Source: Octopus sinensis
Lineage: Eukaryota
DNA length: 64,000 nt
NCBI RefSeq assembly: GCF_006345805.1
Contig: NC_042999.1
Span: 16,740,001 to 16,804,000, forward strand
Reading direction: 5' to 3'
Positions 13,401 through 28,439 of this stretch are shown here, piece by piece. The notes under the pieces were generated by a model that ran no database searches, was not told the DNA's origin, and saw nothing but the letters and a program-made list of their open reading frames with translations. A program made the translations under genes and the position numbers. Position 1 is the first letter of the stretch. Every line of letters starts with the position of its first letter.

Positions 13401-14994
13401 AAACTTATATCAATAAATTCTCTCTGAAAACATCCCTAAAATAGAGGTATAAGTTCCACAATTCGTAGAAAATTGTATAGGGTTCGACAGTAATTTTAGT
13501 TTGTGAAGAACTGGCGCAACTGCTGTTAATGAAAGAAGAAAAAAACGTATTTCTAAAAGCAATATAATTTTCAAAATAATAATTTGTTTTTCGCATTAGC
13601 ACATAACAACACTTGAGTCTTATAACCAGCATCTCCTTTAACCATCATCAAAGAAGGAAAACGCGAAACATAAGTCGATGTTTTTGAGATTTGAAGTTAG
13701 AACATAAAACGAAATATATAACTAGATATTGCAAAGCCATTTTTGTTGGCGCCCGACCAAATTCAACAGCACATCTCTTTACTGTTCATTTGTTTTAAAC
13801 TATGAAAAATATTATGAATTCTACTTGATTCTTTAATTGATTCGTCTATGGATAATTCGCATATTTTATTCAAGTGAAGATTAAAGTAAACTTAAAAAAC
13901 TAATTCGGTATATTATCTAGTTTAAAATTTTATCATTTCGAGACGATAAGCTTAAGAATATTTTGATTTTACGGTAAGTTAGAATTTTTGTGATGATATT
14001 TTATGTTTCGTTATTTTTGTACTTTTAATGGCGCCCTGTTGGCTTTGAGTATCTTCATCGGTAGTTTCCTTGTTGCCTTTCATCTATTATACTAGCGTAA
14101 TCTTTGTTTAGGTCAGGGAGTTTAGTTCGGAACTAAATTAAGCACAAGCAAAGACTTTCTTACCCGTAATTACAAGTGCTGTATGTATGTATGTATGTAT
14201 GTATGTATGTATGTATGTATGTATGTATGTATGTATGTATGTATGTATGTATGTATGTATGTATTTAAGTATTTATGTATCTATGTATGTATGTACGTAT
14301 TTAAGTATGTATATATGTATGTATTTATGTATGTATGCGTGAGTGTATACATGAGTATGTATGCATGTATGTATGTATGCATGCATGAATGTATGCCTGT
14401 GTATGTATGTATGCATATATCTATGTATGTGTGTGTATGCATGTATGCATGAATGTGTGTATGTACGTCTGTATGTATACAAACAGATATAAATGAATGC
14501 ACACATATATATTTATATATATATATAAATACACATATATGCCTATATATGTTTATGTATATATGTATACATATGTGTATATGTATACTTATATATATGC
14601 TTATATACATGTATATATGTATGTATATTTATGTATATACACATATATGTATGTATATATATATGTATATATATACATATATCTGTATGCATGTAGATAT
14701 GTATACACATATATACACGCACGCACACACACACACATATAGATTACATATGTGTGTGTGTAATATATGTGCTCGAGCGTGTGTGTATATGTGTGTATAT
14801 GATTGTAAAGATAATGAAGATGATTTTAGTAACTTAGTAAGATAAGTTATGCGGATCTATGACGCAGTTCACGCTCCCGAGTACCATAACTTTGTTTCTT
14901 CTCTGATTTAGAACTCTCGACCTGTAGAATTGTTGTTCAATGAATAATATACTCGATATTTCCTGTAGTAAACTTTTAAGTTATATGTTTTTGT

Positions 14995-15195
14995 TTTTCT
15001 AGTTTCAGCTCAGAGCTGCGTCCATGCTGATGCACCGCCGTTGTGTGCTACACTGTTATTACTAAGAGCCTCCTCTAATATGCAGCACTTGGTGAAGAAT
15101 GGAGTTTGATATAGCTACCCTCATTTGCACCTCTTGCCGTGAGGTAGGTTCATCTGGAACAATTGACAAGAAGAGATCTAGCTTTAATTAAAAAA
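14995..15195 (-). mobile_element. CR1/L2-type LINE 3' end (same family as 40207-40574)
   Basis: KLDLFLSIVPDEPTSRQEVQMRVAISNSILHQVLHIRGGS*, then 3' UTR ggcggtgcatcagcatggacgcagctctgagctgaaac. Confidence 0.8.
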
Positions 15196-16466
15196 CCCCG
15201 ACATCTACTACGTGTAACTTCCTCAGACTATTTGGGAGAATATTAAAAAGCTCTGGGCCCTTGAAACCCAGGCTGTTGCAGTGACTGGTCCTGAAGCAAG
15301 ATGGCATTAGACAGAATTACAAAACATTAGTTTGAAAAATCAACGTATCTGGCAAGTTTTGGTCACTTTCGCTTGGAGAAAGGATTTTGGCCATTCATGT
15401 GTTAGAAAGTTATATCTTTCTAAGAGGCATTAACCAAAGTTATCTTTTATGCTTTGGCCTGAGTTATGACAAGTTACTCGCCGTTGTGAAAGAACCTACC
15501 TTCAGCAGAAATGGGAAATTTTTCAGTATGGTGTTCTTATCGAAATAAACTTCAAAAGCTAATTTGCAGGAATCATGTAAAACAAAACAAAGATGTACAC
15601 AAACAGTAAGAACGAAAAAAAAAAAAAAACTGGAAAATGAACAACTAAGGAACTCTGGTAATTTCAAGTGGAAGTTTGGTAATTTTTTGTTCCTTGCTTT
15701 TCACAATATTTAACAAAACGTACGCTATTGTCTTATTAGGGTATTATTTAATCCCTATTAACTAATCAGGCTGATGAGGCCTGCAACAGATACCGTGGGA
15801 AAAGCAGTGCTACCTGTTTCCATTGACGATTTGTTGGAGGCTTAAACGTTTCCCGAACTTAAGTAACTTGCTGCTATAGTGTGGAGGGTCTCTGAGCAAT
15901 AATCAGAATTGAAAACAAGATCTGTCAGAGGACGGATGAGTGTTTTTGTGGACAAAAAGTGATCAAGTTGGGGGAGGGGCAACGACAAACTAGTCCAGTG
16001 TCTCTGCCAAGAAGACACTACGGAGAAGTCAAAAGGAAGTAACGCTATGGTTTCATTCGATGGGAGAACTTGCGCATAATGGAGAAACATTTTTCGTTGT
16101 AGTGACATCGACGCGCTGCAAAGAAAGAAAAAATAAACGTACATGACGACGGCGACAACGGCGACGACGACGATAACGGCACTATCTAACGTCACATATA
16201 TGAGATGCTTTTGTCGAAATTCAATATTTGTCGAGACAAAAATTTTCCGAGAGCTGTGTGAATCTATATTGCAAAATCTAATTAGTTCTACGTACACATG
16301 CATATACATACAAGAAGACACCGCACGATAACTCGTCAGCACATACATGCACATAGAGGCAGAAGCCTACATGTAAATTGAAAGAAACTCATAGAAAAAA
16401 TATATACGAAGAAGAATGCGTTTCCATTTTTATTATTTTCCATTTCTCTATGAAAGAGAAGCACAA

Positions 16467-16499
<33 letters not shown>

Positions 16500-16715
16500 T
16501 ACACACGCATATCAACACATTCGCACATGCACACATTCACACACACATGTATATGTATATGTGTAGGAATTTCATAGGTATGTCTGAAAAAATATGCAAA
16601 ACAGCAAATATCGAATACATGCCTCTATAAGTTCCTTTCCTTCTGCTAGTGTACACGCATATATATATTATATATATATAATATAATATATATATATTAT
16701 ATATATATATATATT

Positions 16716-16842
16716 TATTATATAGAAGGAGCTTCTACAGGACTAGAACTGTTTCATTCAAAGAAATCTTCAGGAAGAGCTTCCTGAAGATTTCTCTTGA
16801 ATGAAACAGTTCTAGTCCTGTAGAAGCTCCTTCTATATAATA
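16716..16842. repeat. 127 bp near-perfect palindrome of two head-to-head hammerhead motifs
   Basis: Arms identical except a 1 nt indel; 2 nt centre (ggaag-ag-cttcc). Confidence 0.92.
16777..16829 (+). ncRNA. Type-I hammerhead ribozyme motif
   Basis: Stem I gagcttc/gaagctc (7 bp), CTGAAGA 16784-16790, weak stem II ttc-tctt-gaa, GAAA 16803-16806, stem III acag/ctgt, GUA triplet with predicted cleavage after 16822. Confidence 0.7.
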
Positions 16843-16908
16843 TTAATTTTACTCTGCTATGTATTGAGTACCTTATTTACTGTGATTAACCCGAATCAAC
16901 CCGGGACC

Positions 16909-16942
<34 letters not shown>

Positions 16943-17609
16943 TAATATATATTATATGTATATATGTATATATTATGCATGTATATATGTATATATATAT
17001 ATATATTCTATACATATCATATATATGAATATACATATACATACCATACATACATACATACATACATACATAATTATATATAATATATATATATATATTA
17101 TATATATATATATATATATCTATATATATTATATAACACATATGTAATATAATATCGATATGCAAACGTACGACGAACGCTCATACGTGTATGCGGGCGA
17201 GTGTGACATTTAATGCTGGCGTGTTTTATTGTGTAATCAATCTGAAAATTGGAAATTCGATTACCAATAAACTTCATAAATTCTACTTCTTATTGACTCT
17301 ACATCTTTCTATGTTATACAAATATATGAACACCTATAAATGCACTTGAATACTTTCATGAATGCATTGACTTACATACTCAAGTGAAGAGCTGAGAGGC
17401 TTCAGTGAAACTTGAACAGGGAATTATGAACACAGTTCATTAAATCGTTCCTCTTTTCACTTTAATATTTCTCTCAACATAGTTTATATAATTTAACTTA
17501 TAGTATATCGGTGTATCACCATCAATAAATCTATATATCTGTCTGACTGTCTGAATGACTGTCTGTCTGTCTGTCTGTATATCGATCTAACTACATATAC
17601 ACATACCTA

Positions 17610-17616
17610 TCTATCA

Positions 17617-17712
<96 letters not shown>

Positions 17713-17777
17713 GTCTGTCTATCTATTTATCTACCTATCTATCTATCTCTATCTATCTATCCATATATCTATCTATC

Positions 17778-17823
<46 letters not shown>

Positions 17824-17852
17824 TATCGATCTATTTATCTACCTACTATCTA

Positions 17853-17900
<48 letters not shown>

Positions 17901-17920
17901 CATCTATCCATCTATCTCTC

Positions 17921-17962
<42 letters not shown>

Positions 17963-17965
17963 CTT
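17610..17965. repeat. (TATC)n tetranucleotide tract
   Basis: Directly visible long imperfect (TATC)n run. Confidence 0.95.
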
Positions 17966-17983
17966 ATATACCTACATACTTAC

Positions 17984-18014
<31 letters not shown>

Positions 18015-18028
18015 TTTATAAATGTACG

Positions 18029-18358
18029 CAGGGTGCGATGTGTAAATTGTCGCCATTATATATATTTAAATTTCGTGCATGCGCATTGACTGTTTTTGCT
18101 TTGTCGGCTACACAGTCTAGTAGGGTCAGTTGGGCACCCATTGTGAGAAAAACAGCACCCTGACGCAATTCACTGTGCTAGAAATTTGGAAACGACATGC
18201 TTGTCATTCGCACCTGAAGATCCAATACGAACATTTCAGACTGCTTGGGTGTCAATATGACGACAGTGCAGAGGATTCGTAAAGAGTTGGATGATTCTAA
18301 TGGTGATTACGAAGGTGCGGCAGCCCGGAAATCTCACTCTGATCTTTCTGATAAGAAA
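18029..18358 (+). mobile_element. 5' fragment of a mariner-type transposon (maT/DD37D-like), N-terminal HTH region
   Basis: Starts cagggtgcgatg..aaattgtcgcc. Translates to NTNISDCLGVNMTTVQRIRKELDDSNGDYEGAAARKSHSDLSDKK. Subfamily assignment is from recall. Confidence 0.65.
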
Positions 18359-19148
18359 TAAAGTTTCCGGACAACCCAATCTTTAAACTATTTAGCTATT
18401 TAATGTTTAAATATTGATTTCAAATTTTGACATGAAATCAAAAAGCAAGGTGGAGGGGGTTAAGTCGATTACATCGACCCTAGTGCATAACTGGTACTTA
18501 TTTTACCCACCCGGAAAGGATGAAAGGCAAAGCCGACCTTGGCAGCCACTGAACTCGGAACGTAAAGACGGACGAAATGCTGGTAAGCGTTTTGTCCGAA
18601 GTGCTAAGATTCTGCAACCTTGCCTCCTTTTTCAATGTTTAAATATTGAAATTTGTTTCCTTCTATAACAATATTTGTCTGCATTTAGAATCATTGTGCC
18701 CTTCTATATCATTTACCCCTAACGATATATACATTGGCTATCATTGTATGTCATCTAGTGCACACCACCTCCCTTAAAACATTTCTTAGCGTAACATTTC
18801 ATCACAGAAGTGATAATCTGTTTATTCTAATTTAATTAACTCCTGACCCTATTTAATCCCATCAGACTTTACTTCACTCTATTTTGCTTTTGTTGTATTT
18901 ATTTAATTGAAGAAATGAATATATTTATATATTTAATTGCTTGATTATATATGCTCTTATTTTTTAAATTCCCCCATTGAATATAAAACCGCTCAATTCA
19001 TTCTATTCATTTTACTTTATCATTACCCTTTGTTATTGTTTTTTTTTTTGCTCCTTCTTATTTCCTCCTAACTACAATTATCTTAAATTTGCCTTTATCA
19101 GCAACTTTACTAAGATTTCTGCCAAACATTTTTCAACGCTCTCAATTA

Positions 19149-19291
19149 TAAGGTTGTTCCAAAAGTTCGTAGAAAGTCTTGGAAAATAATGGTCTTTATT
19201 TTGAGGAATAATTTTTGTTGTTTTTGTTAGTACTTGACTAGTAAAAATTCAATTTTCGCAAGTGTTTACGAACTTTTGGGACAACCTAATA
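19149..19291. mobile_element. Mariner-like MITE
   Basis: ~24 bp TIRs (aggttgttccaaaagttcgtaga / tttacgaacttttgggacaacct) with TA flanks. Confidence 0.75.
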
Positions 19292-21204
19292 CTTATCACT
19301 ACAATCTCTCCGATGTAACTGTATGCGGAGACTATAAACTTATAAACAGCCTAATATTATAAGAAACTTTGATACAGTTTACATTTTGGGAATATTTCAA
19401 ATATTATACTTTACATTCACTTCGTATTTGATTGAGCTATCAGAATAGCTAGCACGCTGGGCAACATTCTGAGTGGTTTCGTCCTTACATTGTGAGTCCT
19501 TACGTTGTGAGTTCAAATTTCGCCGAGGTCGACTTTGACGTTCACACTTTCGATATCAATGAAGTGGAGTCGATAAAAGTTTCAGGCCTCATGCCTATAG
19601 CAAAAAAGTTTATTATTAGTAAATGGTGTAAAGTGGTGAGCTAGCAGATTCGCACTGCGTCAAACAAAATGCATAGCAGCAATGTTTCAGACTTTTTAGG
19701 ACCTGAGTCCAAATTCAATCCGAGATCCACTTTCCATTTCCTCATTTCGGGTTCGATAAAATAAGTACCAGTCAAGTATTTGGGTGATTTAATCGACTCG
19801 CCCTTCCTCTCAACATTGCTAGAGTTTTGTAGAAAGTAAAAATTAAAATTCTTAACCGTATTTCGTCTGGCGCTACGTTCTGAGTTCAAATTCTACCGAG
19901 GTCGACTTTACAGTTCATCCTTTCGGGGCCGATGAAATAAGCACCAGTGAAACACTGAGGTCGACTAGACCCCTTCCCCCAAATTTCAGGCCTGGTGCCT
20001 ATAACAAAAATGATTAATTAGTTATAATCTTCGCATTTCTCTTCAACCCTTTCATTAGTGTTCGTCTTAACTATATGAACTCGAGCAATATTACTTTCAA
20101 ATTTCCTAAATTTCCAAACAATTACCGTTTCCTAGACTAATAAAAGATATTTCGCTTCAAAGTACCAACACCATGTTCTTTTCAAACATTTTACTCCAAT
20201 AGGCCTATCTGTTATTTCCACAGAAATCCTAATACCAGCAACCATTGTTTCAACCCCACTTTTCAAATATATAAAGTTTTTTCTTAATTCCTCATGAAAT
20301 GCCTTACATCCGTTTCCCTCAATCACTTGGTCCACTTACCTGCATACTCATATACGTTTTGCATCCCATTCCCTCCACATCTTTCTATACGCGGCCATGT
20401 TTAATTTATAGAAACTTCTTTCCTGTCATTTTAATGTCTTAAAAATATCCTCACGCATGAAAAATTTTTAAGTCAGTAAGTAATCATTTAAATAAATATC
20501 TTATCTTAGTTCACAATAATTCGAGTTTTATATTTTTTTTATTTATGCTACTATTTTATTATAAATAACATTTTGAATTCCATATGTACATATATACATA
20601 TGTATGTATACATGAATATATATTATATATGTTTGTAGCTTTGTATATAAATATGCTTCTATGTGTGTATATGTATACGTATATCTATGTTGTACTTTTC
20701 GGTAATTTCACCCACATTAAAAAATTGAGTTATTTCCCCTCGTTTTACGAGAAGTATCGGTACATTTGGTTATCTCCTTCAACTAAACAATTGTCTAACC
20801 CTCAATAAAACAAAAAAATGAAAAATTAATAAATATAAAAAGTGAAAATATGAAACATCGTTTTGAATCTAATAATATTTTTATGGCAAATCATACAAAA
20901 CTGAAAAATTAATAAGCATGAAAACGGGAAAAGTTAATAAAAATGAAAATTGAAAAAAATTGAACATCTTACTGAATCTGACAACATTTTTATGATAAAT
21001 CACACCATTGCTATTGAGAAGGCCAAACGTCAACAATGTGTTGAAGTATTGAATCAAAAGGATTTAATTCTTTTAATCCAGTCTCTTGTCGTCACATTAA
21101 CTCGATTTTTTAAAGGGTATATAACCGAATTTTTTAGGGCAATATTTTAATGGGGGTGATAACGAAAAAGTATCCAAATATGTAATATTTATATAAAATG
21201 TACG

Positions 21205-21240
<36 letters not shown>

Positions 21241-21414
21241 ATATATTAACAAAATGCTAAATAAAACATGCATGTATACATACATATTATATGTATATAT
21301 ACATGCATATATGGGTACAGGACACCAAAAAAAACGTCGAACACAATGAGAAACGAAAACATAAAGACAAAACCATGGAAACGGACAATATATATATGTA
21401 TATATATATATATA

Positions 21415-21458
<44 letters not shown>

Positions 21459-21640
21459 TGTGTGTGTGCGCGTATGTATATGTGTATCCTTTTAGGTATT
21501 TCCGTATAGTAAGTATGGCTGATATTTCTCCGAATGTCAATTTGACAGCTAAATGTAAGAACAGCAAATATAGCAAGGCACCAGAAAAAAAGGGCAAGAA
21601 TAAAAACGAAACTGGAAAATTTGAAATGCAGCACACACAT

Positions 21641-21690
<50 letters not shown>

Positions 21691-22328
21691 AAACCACAAA
21701 AGACCAACAACATAGAGTCTAATACCAAAGTATAATGAACACAGCCCTCCAGCTAACAAAAAAAAAAAAAATAGAAAGAAACGAAAAGAAAAGGACTTCG
21801 AGATCAAACATGGCAATGTCATAAACCACGGATTATCAATAAAAAACACCAAAGGTACCGAAATAGAAACATTAAATCGAGGATATTGATACACCGAATT
21901 ATTTTTGTTTACAACTAATACGATGTTTTCGTGTGTTTGATTATAGTTTTGTTACGCTTTTTGTATTTTGGTTTAGCATCACATTTATGAACCTTACAAG
22001 GAACACAGGCGCTGCTACAACGAAATTTGTTGCTTTCTCTTAATCTTTCGTAATTGATTTGTTTAAGTTGAGATTTTCACTTAGTCTGTTTTTTTCGTAC
22101 CAAACATTTTCATTTTTTTGCTTTTTCCTATTCGTATTTATTTCATCTTTTTACATGTGTGTACGTACATAAATACATACATACATACATACATACATAC
22201 ATACATACATACGTAAATACATGTATACACGCACATACATACACATATATATATATATATAGATACACACAAATATTATACATATTTATTCTTTCTTTGT
22301 TTTTTATTTATGGATTTGGAAAATTGCA

Positions 22329-22392
22329 GCTAATAATAACAATAATAATAATAACTATAATAATAATAATAATAACTATAATAATAATAGTA

Positions 22393-22445
<53 letters not shown>

Positions 22446-22488
22446 TATAATAATAATAGTAATAGTAATAATAATAATATTAATAATA

Positions 22489-22520
<32 letters not shown>

Positions 22521-22551
22521 GATAATAATAATGATAATGATAATAATAATG

Positions 22552-22628
<77 letters not shown>
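22329..22628. repeat. (AAT)n trinucleotide tract with interruptions
   Basis: Directly visible; source of the poly-I and poly-L ORFs. Confidence 0.95.
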
Positions 22629-22630
<2 letters not shown>

Positions 22631-22985
22631 ACACAAACGCACACACACGGTTACGTATTGAATATACCTATCTGTCCTCTATCTATCTATCTATCTATCT
22701 ATCTAACTATATATGTATATATTACTATATATATAGATATATATATATATAAAGGAAGCGTATCTGTGTGTGTGAGAAAGAGAGAAAATGAGAGCGAAAC
22801 AGTGAGAGATATAATGATAGCGTTTGGGTATTATACATATTTTCATATATTCTTATCATATGCCCACATAACACAAACGCATTCACATATACACATACAT
22901 GCTATGTATATATAAATGTGTATATATATGTATATATATATATTATATATATAAATATATATATAATATATAAATATATATATAA

Positions 22986-23034
<49 letters not shown>

Positions 23035-23044
23035 TATGGTTATC

Positions 23045-23327
23045 CGTATAATGAAGGGTGAAATTAATTAATTTGGAAAATTATCAATTACACCAAGTAG
23101 TCTTCGGCATGTAAAAGCCTCATTCGAGGAAAATTTAAGTAATACTAAGCAATAAGGGTTTAGCCACGAGTTGCCTTACCACATACCGAATTTAGAAATA
23201 GCAGTCAAAGGGTTATAGCTATTTCTTCTACTTTTTAGTAGAAGAAATAGCTATAACCCTTTGACTGCTATTTCTAAATTCGGTATGTGGTAAGGCAACT
23301 CGTTGCTAAACCCTTATTGCTTAGTAT
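23045..23327. repeat. Penelope-like tail forming a 186 bp palindrome (23142-23327)
   Basis: 91 bp arms with 1 mismatch and a tttt loop. The left arm extends ~100 bp further and is homologous to the reverse complement of 38280-38375. Confidence 0.88.
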
Positions 23328-23392
23328 ATATAAATATATATATATAAATATATATAATAAATATTATATATATAAATGTATATATATATATT

Positions 23393-23444
<52 letters not shown>

Positions 23445-23849
23445 TTTGAGTTCTTGTGTGTATGATCATGTGATGGTTTGTATGTAAGTAAACCCTGCTC
23501 GAATGAAACCGAGGGGTTTGCTATATTTCATACGTTAAGGCATTCCATAAGGTTTGATTGGTAAAGTTAAGCGAAACAGAAAAATAATGCAAATGAGGTA
23601 ACTCAGAAAGAATGTTATAGACAGAGAAAAAAAAAACCCCAACCTAAAATAACATACCCCCGCCTTCTTCTAAAAACACCACTGCCGTCATCGCCATTAA
23701 CAACAACGTAAACAAAAACGAGAAAGAAGAGTGAAGCACTTGCAATAAACCTCACAACAATGAAGGATGCAAAGAAGGAAGAAAGAAGAAAGAGGGAAAT
23801 AGAGGAAATGAAACGAAGGAGAATAACAAAGACAACAGCAACAACAGCA

Positions 23850-23856
23850 AATAATG

Positions 23857-23893
<37 letters not shown>

Positions 23894-23910
23894 TAATAAT
23901 AATAATAATG

Positions 23911-23956
<46 letters not shown>

Positions 23957-24057
23957 TAATAATAAAAATAATAATTTTAATAATAATAACGATAACAATA
24001 ACAATAATAATAAGAAGAACAATAGTAATAACAGTAATGATAATAATAATAATAATT

Positions 24058-24088
<31 letters not shown>

Positions 24089-24226
24089 TGATAATAATAA
24101 CAACAACAATAATAGCAGCAACTACAACAACAAAAATAAGAACAACACCTACAACTACAGTAACAATAATAAAACAACAGCAACAATAATGATGATGATT
24201 ATGATGATGATAGTAATAATAAAAAC

Positions 24227-24264
<38 letters not shown>

Positions 24265-24348
24265 CAACAACAATAATAGCAAGAACTACAACAAAAATGG
24301 GAACAACCCCTACAACTACAGTAACAATAATACAACAGCAAGAATAAT

Positions 24349-24381
<33 letters not shown>

Positions 24382-24385
24382 GAAA
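23850..24385. repeat. Compound (AAT/AAC/GAT) microsatellite with an internal ~75 bp duplication
   Basis: aatagca..aactacaacaa..aacaac.cctacaactacagtaacaataat occurs twice (~24111 and ~24275). Confidence 0.85.
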
Positions 24386-24882
24386 TACTGCCAGTTTGCA
24401 GCGTTCCATTGATGTATGGCGTAGAAAATGATGACTGAAAACAGTCAGTGTGGAAAGCTATTTCTGGCAGAATACTGGAATCATTCTTCATTTTCCTCAA
24501 TAACGGAATTAGAGAGAGAAAGAGATAGAGAGAGGGGGGAAGAATGAGAGAGAGAGAGAATATAGAATGTTGTAGAGAAATAGGGTGCGAGTGAAAGAAA
24601 AAATGTTACGAGAGAGAGAGAGACAGAGAGAGAGAGAGGGAGAGGGGAAAGATAGAGAGTTCAGAAAGGAAATAGCTTGATGGACAGAGATAAACTGGTA
24701 TCTAACTTCTATATTTGTTATATCTATGGATATATATGTTTATATGTGGAGCATATATGCTTAGAGAAACATACGCACACACACACACACGCACATACAC
24801 ACACTCACACACAAACACATGCACATTGATATAGATATGCATATATAAAGGCATATACAGATGCATGTATATATATATATAT

Positions 24883-24968
<86 letters not shown>

Positions 24969-25141
24969 TATATACACATTTATATATTTATATTTGTGTG
25001 TGTGCGTATGCGAATGGAGAGAAAGAGAGAGTGTGTATATTTACGTATTCAGATATACAATTAAGAAATATACTTATATAGGCTCACACATCATACACAC
25101 ACACACACACAACACACACACATACACATATATATATATAA

Positions 25142-25208
<67 letters not shown>

Positions 25209-25955
25209 TACAAATATATATATGTACACATACTCACACACACCACATATATATATATATGCTTGCATACAAATGCTTATACATATATATATATATATTT
25301 ACATATCTATACACATATATCTAAATACACAAAAACAATACGCATGGAATTCTGTATATGTGTGTGTGTGTGTGGTGTGTGTATGTGGTGTGTGATGTGG
25401 TTTAGCGTACGGTTGATCGAGAAAGGAGGCAGCATAGAAACATGTTGTTAGCCGAAGGAAGAGGGAAGATGGTATCATAGAGTACTTTCTAATCAATGAC
25501 GTATCATTATAACTGGTAAGTTTATGCTTCGCGTATGAATTCCTTTTGTTGTATACCCACAAAGAAACACACACACACACACATATACACATTCTCATAT
25601 ATATATGTATTGCATCGAATGTTCCACTCAGTTCAACACATGCTACCACAACGGAAGCAGCATAGATACTGTGTTGTTTTCTTTACAAGTTAGAAATAGC
25701 AAAAAAATAGCTGCCTTCGTTCCACAATCTTAAAATATTAGATCATACAACAACGTTAGGCAGAGTTGTACAATACTGTGCGATGGACAGAACTCATTTC
25801 GTTATCAATTTACTCGTGCAGAACTGACCTTGGTTAAAAAATGACATCAACCACTACATCACAATGTACTGGAATACGCTACAACAAAGAGGCTGTTGTG
25901 TATTCCCTCCTTCTACTAGAAATAACTGTGTATTCCCTCCGGCTACTAAAAACAG

Positions 25956-26376
25956 AAGGCGGCGAGCTAGCAGAAACGTTAGCACGCTGGGCGAAATGCT
26001 TTGCGGTATTTCGTCTGCCGTTACGTTCAGAGTTCAAATTTCGCCGAGGTCGACTTTGCCTTTCATCCTTTCGGGGTCGATTAAATAAGTACCAGTTACG
26101 CACTGGGGTCGGTGTAATCGACTTGATCCGTTTGTCTGCCCTTGTTTGTTCCTTTTGTGTTTAGCTCCTTGTGGGTAGTAAAGAAATAGGTATTTCGTCT
26201 GCCGTTACGTCTTAAGTTCAGATTCCGCCGAGGTCGACTTTGCCTTTCATCCTTTCGGGGTCGATAAATTAAGTACCAGTTACGCACTGGGGTCTATGTA
26301 ATCGATTTAATCCCTTTGTCTGTCCTTGTTTGTTCCCTCTATGTTTAGCCCCTTGTGGGCAACAAAGAAATAAGAA
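25956..26376 (+). mobile_element. SINE family 2 dimer
   Basis: Full monomer followed by a monomer lacking the A-box region; junction gtagtaaagaaata|ggtatttcgtctgcc at ~26188. Confidence 0.88.
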
Positions 26377-26464
26377 GTAACTGCTAAATTTCTCTAAAAA
26401 CACACCTCGTTGTCTTAGGTAAGGACAGGATACATTGGATATTAATCATACCTACAATAGGTAC

Positions 26465-27040
26465 GAGGCCTGGAATTTTATGGGAAAGGAATAATCAATC
26501 ACATCGATTCCAGTGTTCAACTGAAAGGATGATAAGCAAGTTTGTTCTCGGCAGAATTAAAACTCAGCACTTGGAGACGGGCGAAAATGCCGCTAAACAT
26601 TATGTTCGGCGTACTAACGGTTCTTATTTCTTTATTGCTCACAAGGGGCTAAACATAGAGAGGATAAACAAGGACAGACAAATGGATGAAATCGAGTACA
26701 TCGACCCCAGTGTGTAACTGGTACTTTATTTATCGACCCTGAAAGGATGAAAGGCAAAGTCGACCTCGGCGGAATTTGAACTCAGGACGTAACGGCAGAC
26801 GAAATATGTCTCTTTATTACCCACAAGGGGCTAAACATAGAGGGGACAAACAAGGACAGATAAACGGATTAAGTCGATTATATCGACCCCATTGCGTAAC
26901 TGGTACTTAATTTATCGACCCCGAAAGGATGAAAGACAGTGTCGACCTCGGCGGAATTTGAACTCAGAACGCAGCGGCGGACGAAATACCGCAAAGCATT
27001 TCGCTCGGCGTGTTAACGTTTCTGCTAGCTCTCCGCCTTA
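26465..27040 (-). mobile_element. SINE family 2 trimer
   Basis: Three tandem units with junctions near 26805 and 26625. Confidence 0.8.
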
Positions 27041-27487
27041 ATGAAATGTATATCGATGGAAAGCTTTTGATCATATGTCTTCTCAATCAATGTGATTGCT
27101 TTAGAGTTATACAAAGATAAGATAGTGGCCGTAAGCAACACGAAGCTCCGAAGAGACTTCATATGTTTTCTTTGCTTATATGTCAACGCAAAATATATGA
27201 ACGCTACACTCTGGGAATATATTTTTTCCTAGATACTCTCTATATAAGTATAAATGGTAGCTTTGATGTTAGCAAAGTTAGATATGTGAAAATGTTCAAT
27301 CTGAATTAGATAAAAAGAAATACCCAGACCCGTTGACATGACCTGTTGTCAGTTCTTTCGGCATTATCACTTTTATATAACCAAAGACACTGATATGAAG
27401 TAATAATGTTAATGAGCATGCAACAAACATATTAATAAATAAATGATAAACGGATACATAAATTTAAAAGGCAGTAGTGTAGCTAAG

Positions 27488-27722
27488 GTTAGTTAGTTAG
27501 TTAGTTAGTTAATTTTTGGCTCAAAAGTAAATAGCAAGGCCATGTAGGGGGACATGGAGTTAAGTACAGGGTGGTGTTCATGTAAAGAGTTCAGGCCACT
27601 TGAGGTCAAGGGAGACTTTGAACAAAGCGGTCGTCGGCATCTTCACCATCTCGTCCGGCAGCTTGTTCCACGGATCCGCAACCCGGACGGAGAAAGCTCC
27701 TCTCCTTCGATTGAGGTTAGTA
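27488..27722 (-). mobile_element. CR1-type LINE 3' end, second family
   Basis: NLNRRRGAFSVRVADPWNKLPDEMVKMPTTALFKVSLDLKWPELFT*, short UTR and (taac)n tail. Confidence 0.88.
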
Positions 27723-28439
27723 GGGAGCAGGGCAATCCAACCCGGGCGGTGTTTTTATGAGGCCGGCTCTTTTGGGTCTGCTGTACCAGACTTATGGGAG
27801 ACGTGGGTTGGTGGTATTCAAATATAAGACTGACCTAACGGCGCAAATCCTTGCTACGCCGTTATTAAACGCAATGGGTCTTAACCATTTTTATCTAGAA
27901 CTCCTTTGATTATTATTTCACTGTGGCAGACCCCTCATAGCCATTCAGTATTTGAAAACTATTTTTATAGATGCTTCTTTCAAAATTCCTATTTTGTTAT
28001 TCACACATTACCTTACCTAGGTTGAAGAGCCGTAAAACGTTAGGAAAAGAAACCTGTGTCTTGCAATAGATACATTTATAAGGAAACTTTACATGGAAAT
28101 TTACAATGCTACCGTGGCTATCATTTTACTAGCGTAGACCAACTAAGGATGCTATACGCACTTCAGGTATCATATGGACCCCACTTGAGAAAAGCTAATT
28201 AAAAGGAATTCATTGAAGAAATATCGGTTTCAAATTTTGGCACAAGGTCAGCAATTTCGAGGGACGGGGAAAATGGATTACGTCGACCCTAAAAGGATGA
28301 AAAGCAAAGTCGAACTTTGCGGCATTTGAACTAGGATCGTAAAGTCGGACGAAATACCGCTATGCATTTTGCCCGGCGTGCTAACCTTTCTTCCAGCCTA
28401 CCGCTCTTTTCATCTATGAAATAACGTGATCACGCGTCC

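Noticed and set aside
15769-15815. Hammerhead at ctgatgaggcc
   Set aside because: No stem II partner before the next gaaa, and no stem I or III.
20330-20425. Minus-strand exon ending at cag|gtaagt
   Set aside because: The donor is good, but frames from the nearest acceptor or ATG hit stops; there is no supporting homology.
24425-24445. C/D-box snoRNA (atgatga...ctga)
   Set aside because: Boxes C and D are adjacent, with no guide region or terminal stem.
25406-25520. Plus-strand exon ending at ctg|gtaagt
   Set aside because: All three frames contain stops and the acceptor is weak; a non-coding exon cannot be supported without RNA data.
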